Origin: Candidatus Sumerlaeota bacterium
Lineage (GTDB): Bacteria > UBP6 > UBA1177
Reading direction: 5' to 3'
Length of the DNA: 52,625 nt
Assembly: GCA_007132725.1 (NCBI GenBank)
Contig: SLOD01000084.1
Coordinates: 1 to 52,625, forward strand
Position 1 is the stretch's first letter; each line of letters opens with the position of its first letter. The translations under genes and the position numbers were made by a program. Below the pieces are notes generated by a model. That model was given only the letters and a program-made list of their open reading frames with translations. It was not told where the DNA came from and ran no database searches. Positions 36,127 through 46,095 of this stretch are shown in pieces.

Positions 36127-38385
36127 TTATCGGATATTTACCCTGAATGTTCCAAGAATAAAACGATCCTGTCCGTCGTTGTCTTTATCTCTGTCAACAG
36201 GAAGTCTGTCCCTGCCGATATAAAATCCGGTATAGATCCTGATTCCTCCCCCGGGATGGTCTCCGGGAACAGTAATGTTTGTTTCCTGACGGATAATATC
36301 CCCTTTCTGCCAATGATTTGTCGGATAGAACCCATTTAGCGGAAAAGCATCGTGTCTGAAACTTCTTGGAAGAGCTCCGCTGTAAACATCAAAGTGAAAA
36401 AATATCTGCCAATTTTTTTCGATTTCTTTGTTAACTCTGTAGTAAACTGTAATATCAAGATCTTCTCCGGCATCAAAACGGTTTTTGTTTATAGTATGTC
36501 CGATTATTTCAATAGAACCTCCTCCAAAAGTACCGCCTGATTTTATCAGATTTCGAGGGATCTCTGATTCATCTATAATATTTTTTCGCCATTCCTGCTG
36601 ATCTTCGCTTACCTTGTCTTTTTTTGAAACTCTGTAAAACTCTATATCTTTGTATGTATCAACCTGGTCGTCCATAATTTTTGAGATGTTTACCCCAAGT
36701 TCACTGAAAAGTTTTGCCCTGAGCTTAGGGACATCATTTTCCTTGACGGCTATAAAAACAGAGTTTCCGGGATTTCCTTTAACAAGCTTAACTATTTGGT
36801 CCAAGTCTTTTACGCTGTGAAGCTTTTCATCTGTTCCAAGATAAAAAAGCATGGACTTACTTTTCCAGTTGTTATAATCAACAACGATATCCCCCTCTTT
36901 TTTAAGTTCAAAGTATTTTTGGACGATCTGTCTGGAAGAAAAAACTTCAACGATCCTGGGAACCCAATAAAAATTCAAATAACCGGCAAAAAGAACAGAC
37001 AGTACAATAAAAACTGAAATAGAAGATTTTATAATAATTTTTTTTGAAGGGTAAATTATGGGAACAACAATAAAAAACACCATTAATGGGACAAAAATAT
37101 AAAGGACCGGAAGCATATCAAAGATTCTGCCGAACGAACTTTGAACTTTTTGAGGAGTTATTATATAAAGAAAATTTGTGTAATTTATGTCCGTTCCAAG
37201 GTCTTTGCCTATTATTCCTACTATCAAAGCGGCAAAAACAGCACAAAAGGGGTAGGTATAGCGGAGGTCTTCATTGTTAAAAATCTTAACAAAGGCGACA
37301 GCTGTTATAATAGCAAAAAAAGGAATGATCGTAAAAATATAATGGGGAAACTTTGTGCCACAAAGTGTGAAAAAAAGGAACGGAACAAAAAAAGCTGTCA
37401 TTACAAACAGCTCTTCTTTTTTCTCTTTAACTTTTTTTGCTGCAAAAAGAAGCCCCGGAGCAAAGAATCCAATCCACGGAAAAGTTCCTATTCCCAGCTC
37501 CCATACATAAAACTCAAAAGGCCCGTCAGGTTCATTTAAATTTCCTGCAAGCCGGGCAAAGTGGTGTTTGCCAAAAAATTCTAAGAAAAAAGGGATTCCG
37601 TGTCTGAATCCCATATATATATACCACCACGAAGCCGTTACAAAAAAGATGGCGATCCCTTCTAACACACGGGCTTTTTTTAAAATTTGAACAAGGTTTT
37701 TAAATGATGTTTTAAAACCGGAAGAGTAATCTGCTGATGCAATTGAATATATAGCGAAGATTACTGTCGGAATAAAAAGGGCAAGCAGTCCTTTTGTGAG
37801 CATTCCAAGACCCATGAAAAGATATGAAAAACGCAACAGCTTGCGATCATTATCTCTCCACCCCAGATACAAAAAACCAGTTGCTCCTGTAGTAAAAGTT
37901 ACAAAAGTTATATCCCACATAAACTGGCGGGTTATTAAAAAAGTAAAGGGGAGGAACAAGGTGATAAAGCCGGCAACAAAGCCCCTGAAATCATCGTTAA
38001 AAAGTCTTTTTGTTATGTAAAAAACAAGAATAACAAAAGCAATTCCGTTTAATGCAAAAGGGAGTCTTAAGGCGAGTTCTGTCGGACCGAAAATCTTTAT
38101 AAATGGAAATACCATCCAGTAACAAAATATAGGATGAGACCAGAAATCATAGTTGCCAAGATATTTTGGATTCAGAAACCAGTCCCATGAATTTGATGCT
38201 GTCATTTCAAGAGCAACTCTTCCAAAAACAGATTCCCATTCACCCAGCAAAGAATAACTCCCCAAGAAAGGAAGATAGAACAAAGCCGCCAAAAATGAGA
38301 GTATTGTCAAAGAGTTTTTTTGCTTAAACAGAGAATAAAATCTTGGCGAATAATAGTTGTTGTTTTTATCTACATTTTTGTCCAT
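36127..38385 (-). CDS. GT-C (ArnT/PMT family 39/83-like) glycosyltransferase with C-terminal periplasmic domains
   Basis: Multi-TM protein with ELALRLP, LTKG, WWY, GPFEFY, FPW, TKFPHYI and a C-terminal Ig-like domain. Start moved to ATG 38385 (GGAG RBS, promoter just upstream). Confidence 0.85.
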   Translation of the reverse strand: MDKNVDKNNNYYSPRFYSLFKQKNSLTILSFLAALFYLPFLGSYSLLGEWESVFGRVALEMTASNSWDWFLNPKYLGNYDFWSHPIFCYWMVFPFIKIFGPTELALRLPFALNGIAFVILVFYITKRLFNDDFRGFVAGFITLFLPFTFLITRQFMWDITFVTFTTGATGFLYLGWRDNDRKLLRFSYLFMGLGMLTKGLLALFIPTVIFAIYSIASADYSSGFKTSFKNLVQILKKARVLEGIAIFFVTASWWYIYMGFRHGIPFFLEFFGKHHFARLAGNLNEPDGPFEFYVWELGIGTFPWIGFFAPGLLFAAKKVKEKKEELFVMTAFFVPFLFFTLCGTKFPHYIFTIIPFFAIITAVAFVKIFNNEDLRYTYPFCAVFAALIVGIIGKDLGTDINYTNFLYIITPQKVQSSFGRIFDMLPVLYIFVPLMVFFIVVPIIYPSKKIIIKSSISVFIVLSVLFAGYLNFYWVPRIVEVFSSRQIVQKYFELKKEGDIVVDYNNWKSKSMLFYLGTDEKLHSVKDLDQIVKLVKGNPGNSVFIAVKENDVPKLRAKLFSELGVNISKIMDDQVDTYKDIEFYRVSKKDKVSEDQQEWRKNIIDESEIPRNLIKSGGTFGGGSIEIIGHTINKNRFDAGEDLDITVYYRVNKEIEKNWQIFFHFDVYSGALPRSFRHDAFPLNGFYPTNHWQKGDIIRQETNITVPGDHPGGGIRIYTGFYIGRDRLPVDRDKDNDGQDRFILGTFRVNIR

Positions 38386-38419
38386 ATCAAACTCCAGGAT
38401 CAAATAAAAAAACAGCTTG

Positions 38420-38448
38420 ATTATAGAAGAATGGCAGAAACTTGTCAA
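38420..38448 (-). promoter_or_regulatory. perfect-consensus sigma70 promoter for the GT-C gene
   Basis: Minus strand TTGACA (38448-38443), 17-bp spacer, TATAAT (38425-38420). Confidence 0.75.
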
Positions 38449-38520
38449 AAAAACAAAAAATTGATAACAATTGACAGTTGTGATATATAATTCCGGTAAG
38501 TGTTCAGGGTTAACTGCAAG

Positions 38521-40299
38521 ATGAAGAAAACATTTTTAATCGTTGTTTTACTTGTTGCCGTAAATTTCATATTGACACAGGATGTGGCTGCTTCTGTAAA
38601 GACGGAATCTTTTTTTGACAGGGAAGGTTTTGTTAAAAGCGTTAATGAAGCATATCTTCTTGACCATAATGCCTTGCCCGAAAAAGTAGCGCCGTTTTTA
38701 AAAGTTTTCAGGGCAAAAGGTATTCCTAACTGTTTTGAGTGTTCTTTGTATCTTATCAGAACTTCGCTTGAAAAAACAGGCCCCATGCAGCTTGTTGCCG
38801 CTGATCTTGCTGTAAAACTGTCTCCCGATCTGCCTGAAGCCCACCTTCATTATTTTTTGAGGCTGATAAAGTTTTCCCCTCAGAGCATGAGGAGAATATC
38901 GAAAGCTTTTTCCGATACTCTTGTAACATTTTATAATTTTCCTCCCAGAAATGCATTTTTTTACTCGATTTTAAACAGAATAAGCAAAAGCTGTATAATT
39001 TTTCTTATAGTTCTTTTCATAATACTTTTTTTCAAGTATCCTTCCGCTGTTGCACACAGATACATGCATTTGGTAGGGTTTTCAAGATTTTATGCGGCAA
39101 CTCTTCTTGTGGTGATGACAGTATCATCGGTCGTTCTTATTTTAAACCAGTTGAGCTGGTTGATAGTGCTTTTGACTTTTACAATATTTTTCAGCGGAGT
39201 TTCTGTTGTAAGGGAAAAAATAATTCTTAATACAGTATTTTTCATTTGTGTTGCCGCTGAAGCCGCAATAATCTTAACAGGTGCGGAACATCCAATGATC
39301 GTTGATAAAGAAGTTGCAATGTCAAATCTTAAAGGGATATATTCTCCTTCATCTACTTTATTTGAAAATACTGACATAAACGCTCCCGGAGGATCTATGG
39401 CAAGAGGGGTCATGTTCTATTATGCAGGGAACTATAACCGGGCAGCTTTTTATTTAAAAAGGGAACTTAACACCGTTTCTGACAAAAAAATAAAAGCATC
39501 TCTTGACAACTTTTTAGGCCTTTCTTTTGCCAGACAGGGCAACTTAAAAGAAGCTTCGGAGCACCTTCGCAGATCTTATGAGGAAACAGGCAACTTCAAT
39601 ATCGGTTATAATCTCAGCAGGGTTTTATACGAAGGGGGCCGTGCCGGAGATGCCGCTTCCCTTGAACGCCATATTCTTGAAAATGCCGGAACGATTTCAT
39701 TAAGGTTTCCTTACCACTACTATCCTGAAATGTATAGAACTTGGAGATATGTAACAACTGGAAAAACCGGAGAAAGTCTTGAAATATGGATTAAATTCTT
39801 TTTGTTCTGTTTTGCAATTATTCTGCTTTATATGGTGCTTCTTGTGGTACGGTTTAATTATTTGCGAAAAATAAGACTACATAAATGTCTTGAATGCGGG
39901 TCGATAATTTGTTCAAGCTGTAATCCGGGGGCAAACACCACGGTATGTGTCGTATGCAGACTGATCAAGGCCAAGCCTGATCTTTTTAAAAGAGGAGAGA
40001 CCGAGATATACGAATCAAAAAGAAACGGTTACTTTGCAAGATATTCTCTATTTACAACAATTTTTACTTTTATTGCCCCGGGAGGGGGATTGATTTTTTC
40101 CGATAGAATTTTAGAGGGTTCCGTATATCTTTTCACAATAGTTTTTTTGTTGACCCAGATATTTCAAAGCGAGTGGGGCACAGTATATAATATTAGTCCG
40201 GATGGTTCTGACGCTGGAATCATACTTTCAGGTATTTTTTTGGGACTTATATATCTTGTGTCGATACTGAGAGGTTTTTATGCTTCCAGGGATGTTTAA
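38521..40299 (+). CDS. polytopic membrane protein with TPR repeats and a Cys6 zinc-finger-like motif
   Basis: Signal peptide, helical domain (AVKLSPDLPEAH), TM bundle, TPR repeats (GVMFYYAGNYNRAAFYL, NFLGLSFARQGNLKEA), TM, CLECGSIICSSC-x8-CVVC, terminal TMs with APGGG. Confidence 0.75.
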   Translation: MKKTFLIVVLLVAVNFILTQDVAASVKTESFFDREGFVKSVNEAYLLDHNALPEKVAPFLKVFRAKGIPNCFECSLYLIRTSLEKTGPMQLVAADLAVKLSPDLPEAHLHYFLRLIKFSPQSMRRISKAFSDTLVTFYNFPPRNAFFYSILNRISKSCIIFLIVLFIILFFKYPSAVAHRYMHLVGFSRFYAATLLVVMTVSSVVLILNQLSWLIVLLTFTIFFSGVSVVREKIILNTVFFICVAAEAAIILTGAEHPMIVDKEVAMSNLKGIYSPSSTLFENTDINAPGGSMARGVMFYYAGNYNRAAFYLKRELNTVSDKKIKASLDNFLGLSFARQGNLKEASEHLRRSYEETGNFNIGYNLSRVLYEGGRAGDAASLERHILENAGTISLRFPYHYYPEMYRTWRYVTTGKTGESLEIWIKFFLFCFAIILLYMVLLVVRFNYLRKIRLHKCLECGSIICSSCNPGANTTVCVVCRLIKAKPDLFKRGETEIYESKRNGYFARYSLFTTIFTFIAPGGGLIFSDRILEGSVYLFTIVFLLTQIFQSEWGTVYNISPDGSDAGIILSGIFLGLIYLVSILRGFYASRDV

Positions 40300-41274
40300 A
40301 TGAGTGTAAAAAAAGACATTGAAATTTTATCAGGCTCTATTTCTTCCGGCAACACCTTTTTTGATATATGCCGGGAAATCGCTCTTCCGAAGTGGACAGG
40401 AATGCTTGTTATAAAGGCCGGTAAAACAAAGTACAATTTTTATTTTAGAGAAGGAGAAATAATTTACTCGGAAAATTCTTTGGAAAAAACTGAATCAAAA
40501 ATTCTTGAAATGATAAGAAGGGCAGACCTTGTTTCCAGGGAGACACTTTCTTCTTCTGAAAAGAAAAAATCAAAAGTAATGCGGACTCTCCTTGAAATAC
40601 TTGTTGAAGAAGGTCATGTTTCCATGCTTCTTTATTCAAGGGTTATAAGCACTTTGATCAGGCTGAATATTTTAAAAGCAATGCTTCTTAAAAAAGGAGA
40701 ATACAAATTTCTGGAAAGAAAAACGATAAGAGAGGTTCATGGAGTCAAGCCTGTTTCAGTGCTGGATATAAACAACATTGCTTCTGTGGTTGACAGCTAC
40801 CCTGCTGAAACAAAAAAAATATTGAAAAACTGGTATAACAATGTTTCTGAAACGAAAGAAGGACATTATCTTGTAAAAAACAAATCTTTTTTACAGAGTT
40901 TTCTTGCCAGAGAAATAGACTTTTTAAGCTTTATGGCAAAAGCTGTTCCTGATTATGCCAAAAAAGAGTGGCAGATGCAGGGACTATTTGGGTCTTTCTC
41001 TGCTTTTCAGACTATTCTTATTTACATGTTTCGGTCTTTGGCTGTTTTCGGGATTGCATTGTTTTTATATCTTGTTTTTATGACAGGTGCTTTCAGTGCC
41101 GTAAAAAATCCTCGCTCTGTGGAAGAATTTTATTTTTTTAAAGTGAAGCTGACTTCTTCCATGATAAGCCTTGAAACAGGTTCGGAGCCTGACAAAGAAC
41201 AACTGATAATGTCCGGGCTTTTGACAGAGAAAGATATAGAAATATCGGGAATAAAAGATAATAACAAACCGTGA
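40300..41274 (+). CDS. DUF4388 (PATAN-like) domain membrane protein
   Basis: SGSI...FDI.......WTGMLVI......FYFREGEIIY pattern, MshEN-like helical segment, GEYKF, C-terminal TM. Its ATG abuts the upstream stop. Confidence 0.75.
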   Translation: MSVKKDIEILSGSISSGNTFFDICREIALPKWTGMLVIKAGKTKYNFYFREGEIIYSENSLEKTESKILEMIRRADLVSRETLSSSEKKKSKVMRTLLEILVEEGHVSMLLYSRVISTLIRLNILKAMLLKKGEYKFLERKTIREVHGVKPVSVLDINNIASVVDSYPAETKKILKNWYNNVSETKEGHYLVKNKSFLQSFLAREIDFLSFMAKAVPDYAKKEWQMQGLFGSFSAFQTILIYMFRSLAVFGIALFLYLVFMTGAFSAVKNPRSVEEFYFFKVKLTSSMISLETGSEPDKEQLIMSGLLTEKDIEISGIKDNNKP

Positions 41275-41303
41275 CTTGATAACAACAGATTCCGGAGGAT
41301 CCA

Positions 41304-43682
41304 ATGAACAAAATGTCAGGAAAAAAACTGAAAGCAAAAAATCTCAGATACTATCCTCTACTGAAAAAATATGAAGGTATGACAACAAAAGATATTAAAC
41401 CTTCTCCGCAATTTGTTTTCCAAAAAAGGGGTTTTGAAGCTCTTGACTTCGGTGTGACCATATCAAAAAAAGGTTTTAACATTTATGTTTCCGGGGATGC
41501 AGGAACAGGGAAGACTTCCAATGTAAAAAAACATGTCGAAGAGATCGCTTCTTCAATGCCTGTTCCGGACGATGTGCTTTATGTGAACAATTTTAAAAAA
41601 CCCGACGAACCCAAACTTCTTTGTATGCCTGCAGGAACAGGGGAAAAAATAGTCAGGGATATGGATGAAACTCTGGATTATTTTATTCATCAAATTCCAA
41701 GACAGCTTGAGAGCGAAAGTTTTGAAATGCAGAAAACAGAGGTTGTAAGATGGTATCAGGAAGAGAGTCAGAAAAATTATCAGGAAATAGAAAAAGAAGC
41801 ATCTGAACTGAATTTTTCTCTTAAGTCAACACCTAATGGTTTGGTTATAAACCCTATTTTAGACAGTCAGCCTATTGACAGGGAACAGTTTGATAAGCTT
41901 TCAGAGGAGCAGAAAGACTCTATAAGAAAAAATGAAGAACTTCTTCAGGAAAAACTGATAGCGTTTTTTCACAAAGAGAGAGTGCTTGAAAAAGAATATA
42001 AAGAAAAAATGACAAAACTTCGTCAGACAATGGTCAGGCTTATTATTTCCCAGCCTTTAAGGGAGTTGAAAAAAAAGTATTCTCCAAGTGAAAGCTTTGA
42101 CAACTATCTTGAAGATGTAGCAGACCATCTGGTTGACAACTTTGAAGAGTTTTTTCTTTACCGTGACATCCAGGAGGGAAAAATTGATCCTTCAAAATTT
42201 ACGGAACCTGATTTTAAAGAATATAAGATAAACCTGCTTATAAACAACAAAGAGCTTGAAGGAGCTCCTGTAGTTTATGAAACAAATCCGACATATCAGA
42301 ATGTTATCGGCTACTTTGAATATGAAGAACTTCACAATTCGCTTTTTACCGATTTTACAAAAATGAAACCGGGAGCACTGCATCGGGCAAACGGAGGATT
42401 TTTAATAATTCAGGCAAACGATATACTGAAAAACTACTATGCCTGGGCTGCTCTTAAAAAATCTATGAGAAACAGGTCTCTCAGGATGGGAGATATTGAT
42501 ATAGATTTCCGGCATAGAGTAAACATTCTTCCTGATCCTGAACCGATACCCTTAAATGTAAAAGTTATTCTCATAGGAGATGATTATATTTTTCATCTTC
42601 TGTATAATCTTGATCTGGATTTCAGAAGAATTTTCAGAGTAAAGGCTGATTTCGGCTCAACTATTGATATTACATCACATACAACAGATGCTTTGGTAGG
42701 TTTTATTTCAAGAGTTGTAATGGAAGACTGTTCTCTCCCTTTTGATGTCAGTGCTATCAGAAGACTGCTTCACCATAGCTCAAGAGGCTCTGAAGATCAG
42801 AAAAAATACAGAATTCATGCAAGTGACTTGGTAGATGTCATTGTTGAGGCAGATTACTGGGCTAAAAGCAAAAAGAAAAAGGTCGTTGATGAAAAAACAG
42901 TTGTCAAGGCAATAGAAGGCCAGGAAAAAAGACATGCCAGATTTAAAGAACGACACTATGAATCAATAAAAAGGGGAAAAATCCTTATTGATGTGACAGG
43001 GGAAAAAACAGGGCAGATAAACGGGCTTGCAGTTTTTTCTGTCGGAGACTTCAGCTTCGGCATTCCTTCAAGGATCACAGCAAAAGTGTTTGCAGGAAAA
43101 AGAGGTATCATCAATATAGAGAGGGAAGCGAGACTTTCCGGCTCAATTCACGATAAAGGGGCTATGATACTGGCCGGTTATATTGGAAGCATGTTCGCTC
43201 AGGACAAACACCTTTCAATAACAGCGTCTATTGCTTTTGAGCAGAGCTATGGAGGCGTTGACGGAGACAGTGCCAGTTCAACAGAGCTCTATGCTCTTTT
43301 GTCTGCGATTTCTGAAATTCCCATAAAACAGTCAATAGCTGTCACCGGTTCAATAAATCAAAACGGAGAAATTCAACCGATCGGGGGGGTAAATGAAAAA
43401 ATAGAAGGTTTTTTTGAAATATGCAACCTGAGAGGACTTTCCGGAGATCAAGGGGTAGTCATTCCTGTTCAAAATGTGGAAAACCTTAATTTGTCGGACA
43501 AAGTTGTTGAAGCTGTTGAAAAAGATAAATTCCATATCTATGCAATTAAAAATGTGGTTGAAGGCATTGAAATCCTGACCGGTATCCCTGCCGGAAAGAG
43601 AAAGAAAAACGGCTCTTTTACAAAAGATTCGGTTTTTGATCTGGTTAACAGAAAAGTTAAAGCTTTGAGTGAAGTAAAGTGA
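41304..43682 (+). CDS. Lon-like S16 protease, LonC/AAA_32 type
   Basis: Walker A GDAGTGKT, YVNNF, coiled-coil insert, PGALHRANGG, GQINGL, EQSYGGVDGDSAS (catalytic Ser), IGGVNEKIEGF (catalytic Lys). Confidence 0.92.
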   Translation: MNKMSGKKLKAKNLRYYPLLKKYEGMTTKDIKPSPQFVFQKRGFEALDFGVTISKKGFNIYVSGDAGTGKTSNVKKHVEEIASSMPVPDDVLYVNNFKKPDEPKLLCMPAGTGEKIVRDMDETLDYFIHQIPRQLESESFEMQKTEVVRWYQEESQKNYQEIEKEASELNFSLKSTPNGLVINPILDSQPIDREQFDKLSEEQKDSIRKNEELLQEKLIAFFHKERVLEKEYKEKMTKLRQTMVRLIISQPLRELKKKYSPSESFDNYLEDVADHLVDNFEEFFLYRDIQEGKIDPSKFTEPDFKEYKINLLINNKELEGAPVVYETNPTYQNVIGYFEYEELHNSLFTDFTKMKPGALHRANGGFLIIQANDILKNYYAWAALKKSMRNRSLRMGDIDIDFRHRVNILPDPEPIPLNVKVILIGDDYIFHLLYNLDLDFRRIFRVKADFGSTIDITSHTTDALVGFISRVVMEDCSLPFDVSAIRRLLHHSSRGSEDQKKYRIHASDLVDVIVEADYWAKSKKKKVVDEKTVVKAIEGQEKRHARFKERHYESIKRGKILIDVTGEKTGQINGLAVFSVGDFSFGIPSRITAKVFAGKRGIINIEREARLSGSIHDKGAMILAGYIGSMFAQDKHLSITASIAFEQSYGGVDGDSASSTELYALLSAISEIPIKQSIAVTGSINQNGEIQPIGGVNEKIEGFFEICNLRGLSGDQGVVIPVQNVENLNLSDKVVEAVEKDKFHIYAIKNVVEGIEILTGIPAGKRKKNGSFTKDSVFDLVNRKVKALSEVK

Positions 43683-43978
43683 TTGAGAACAGGTATCTTT
43701 TGAAAATATCTGCAAACTACTCCGGATCGCTTAAAGAAATGTGGGAATGGTTGGAAAAAAATCTTGATTTTCAACTGAAAAGAAAAGTTGGTTTTGAGAA
43801 GGTGAGCTATGTGGTCAACAGAAATGAAAATGCTATCATTTTTACCGGAAGGACGGTAAGTGGAACAATGTTTGTCAATGAAAATGTTTTGGAAATATCG
43901 CTAATGCTTCCGCTTTTATACAGGTCATTAGCTCCCCGCATAAAAAAAGCAATACTTTCTATTTTCAAAGAACGATGA
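43679..43978 (+). CDS. small hypothetical protein, possibly polyhydroxyalkanoic-acid-system (PF09650-like) family
   Basis: GTGA overlap with the Lon stop. The pattern F.G..VSG...V....L.I.L.LPLL.......I resembles that family. Confidence 0.45.
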   Translation: MIENRYLLKISANYSGSLKEMWEWLEKNLDFQLKRKVGFEKVSYVVNRNENAIIFTGRTVSGTMFVNENVLEISLMLPLLYRSLAPRIKKAILSIFKER

Positions 43979-44056
43979 TTTTCCAGTATAGAACAGTTCT
44001 AAAAAATGCCGGCCCAGTTGAGATCACAGAAAAAAGTGCGGGGAAAATAAAAATCG

Positions 44057-44773
44057 TCAGTTAAGGTTTTCTTTTGCTTTGACAGTGTGCTCGCTAATTA
44101 ATTCAAACAGTTCAGGATTATCCGGGTTTTCCTGATAGGCTTCATATGCATAGTCAAGGGCAGTTTTTCCGGCGTAATCTTTTGCAATGGTAGAAGATCC
44201 TTTTTTAAGGAGGGTTTTAGCACTTTCATAGAAATTGTTTTTAACGGCATATATCAACGGTGTTCTCCGGTCAGCATCTCTGGAGTTTACATCGGCGCCT
44301 GCTTCTATAAGAACTTCAACAATTTTAAGGTTTTCTTCTTTCCCGTTTTTTAAATAAGTTGAAAGAACATCTCTTTCAAAATTATCTTTCCATTCAGGGT
44401 TTGCCCCCTTTTGTAACAAGAAAAGAACAGCTTTATAATTATTTGCAGCAGCAGCATAATGGAGAGGGGTTCTTTTCGAGTTGTCAGTTATCAAAATTTC
44501 TGCTCCGGCCCCTATAAGATATTTGAGCATGTCGGGAGATTCCGTTTGTGCTGCGTAAAAAACTCCGGAAGCACCATGTCTGTCAATGGAATTTATATTT
44601 TTTCCTCCTTGTATAAAGAGCTTAACGGCTTTGAAATTTTTCTCTTTAACAGCATTTATAAAATCTATTTCTTCGAAACCAAAGCCCATTTGCCTGAGCA
44701 AAGCTTCTTCAGATTTCCTGCAACCGGAAAAAAAGATAAAAAAAACAGCAAATAAAAGTAAGAAAATCTTCAT
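44057..44773 (-). CDS. ankyrin-repeat lipoprotein
   Basis: Lipobox FFSGC; ankyrin repeats RTPLHYAA, LIEAGADVN, RTPLIYAV, GKTALDYA. Confidence 0.9.
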   Translation of the reverse strand: MKIFLLLFAVFFIFFSGCRKSEEALLRQMGFGFEEIDFINAVKEKNFKAVKLFIQGGKNINSIDRHGASGVFYAAQTESPDMLKYLIGAGAEILITDNSKRTPLHYAAAANNYKAVLFLLQKGANPEWKDNFERDVLSTYLKNGKEENLKIVEVLIEAGADVNSRDADRRTPLIYAVKNNFYESAKTLLKKGSSTIAKDYAGKTALDYAYEAYQENPDNPELFELISEHTVKAKENLN

Positions 44774-44893
44774 GGGCACCCCCGTTAAACAGTCTGATTA
44801 TATCACATAAAAAAAATGTGCAACCTTTTCTTTGCAGAGTATTGCCAAATCATATAAAATAAGGAAGCAGTTTTTTAAAAGAGGAAGTTAAAT

Positions 44894-45985
44894 ATGAAAA
44901 AGTTTTTTCTGATTCCTGCCATTTTAACATTTTTTATCATTTCCTGTGTCGTAGATGATGAAGATGCAGTCTCAGACAAAGATATAAACGGCAGTGATAT
45001 TGATGCTGTGCCCGATAACGACCAGACAGAACAGCTTGATAAAACGGAAAATGGTAAAAATGAAGTGAACGACAAGGACGAAGAAGAAAAAGATGACGAC
45101 CTTGTTCCCGGTTCTTTCTGTTTTTCAGGGGGAGCAATACTTTATGAAGGGGAACAGCAGTACAAAGTATGTCCCGGTTTTCCTGAAAAAATGCAGAAAC
45201 AACTTTGTAAAAACGGCAGATGGAGAGACGAAGCAGACTGTATTGACAACTTTGCGGTTATTCCGGGAGGAAAGTTTATTATGGGGTGTGATCCGGAAAG
45301 AGAAGGTTCCTGCGAAGAAGACAACAAGCCTGTTCATGAAGTTGAAATATCACCTTTTCATATTGACAAATTTGAAGTTACTGTCGAAAGATACATGATG
45401 TGTGTGGACGATGGAGCCTGTTATGCTTCTCATTACAGAACAAACAATGATTCATACAGATGCAACATCGGTGATAATGAAAGAAAAAATCATCCTGTAA
45501 ACTGTGTAACGTGGGAGGGCGCAGATGCTTTCTGCAAGTGGTCGGGAGGAAGACTTCCTACAGAAGCTGAGTGGGAAAAAGCGGCAAGAGGAACAGAAGG
45601 CTCAATATATCCCTGGGGAGACTCTCCTTCGGCAAGCTGTGATAATGCTGTAATCGAATCAACTTCTGCAGGTTGCGGCAGCGGGGGAACTTTTCCTGTC
45701 GGATCAAAACCGGAAGGGAAATCTCCTTACGGACTCCACGATGTTGCAGGGAATGTTGCTGAATATGTGAGCGACTGGTATGACAAAGATTTTTACTCAA
45801 AAGAAGAAGCTGTTCAAAAAGATACACAAGGTCCCGAAAAACCGAGTATTGAGGGTTACAGGGTTATCAGAGGAGGCTCTTTCCTTTACGGGGAAAGGAG
45901 AACAAGAGCGGCATACAGAAGCTCCACTGTAATGGATGATGCTTCCATAAATTTCGGATTCAGGTGTGTCAAAGATATTAAGTAG
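44894..45985 (+). CDS. FGE-sulfatase/SUMF1 (CLec-fold) domain lipoprotein
   Basis: Lipobox IISC, acidic linker, IPGGKFIMG, P.HEV, EVT, HPVNCVTW, RLPTEAEWEKAARG, YPWG, GLHDVAGNVAEYV, RGGSF, GFRC. Confidence 0.92.
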   Translation: MKKFFLIPAILTFFIISCVVDDEDAVSDKDINGSDIDAVPDNDQTEQLDKTENGKNEVNDKDEEEKDDDLVPGSFCFSGGAILYEGEQQYKVCPGFPEKMQKQLCKNGRWRDEADCIDNFAVIPGGKFIMGCDPEREGSCEEDNKPVHEVEISPFHIDKFEVTVERYMMCVDDGACYASHYRTNNDSYRCNIGDNERKNHPVNCVTWEGADAFCKWSGGRLPTEAEWEKAARGTEGSIYPWGDSPSASCDNAVIESTSAGCGSGGTFPVGSKPEGKSPYGLHDVAGNVAEYVSDWYDKDFYSKEEAVQKDTQGPEKPSIEGYRVIRGGSFLYGERRTRAAYRSSTVMDDASINFGFRCVKDIK

Positions 45986-46095
45986 AAAAACTGTTGTTTA
46001 AACAGATGATTGAAGGATTAACTTGATTTTTTCTGATTTACTACAAAAATGAAACAGAAACGGTTATTTTAAAAATAGACGAGAAGGAGGTGATT

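Noticed and set aside
43989-44001. TAGAAC-A-GTTCTA as a LexA box
   Set aside because: The spacer is 1 nt rather than the 4 nt of GAAC-N4-GTTC, and it lies between convergent gene ends.
45860-46010. DGR variable region in the FGE/CLec-fold gene
   Set aside because: No reverse transcriptase, no template repeat and no convincing downstream GC hairpin in the window.
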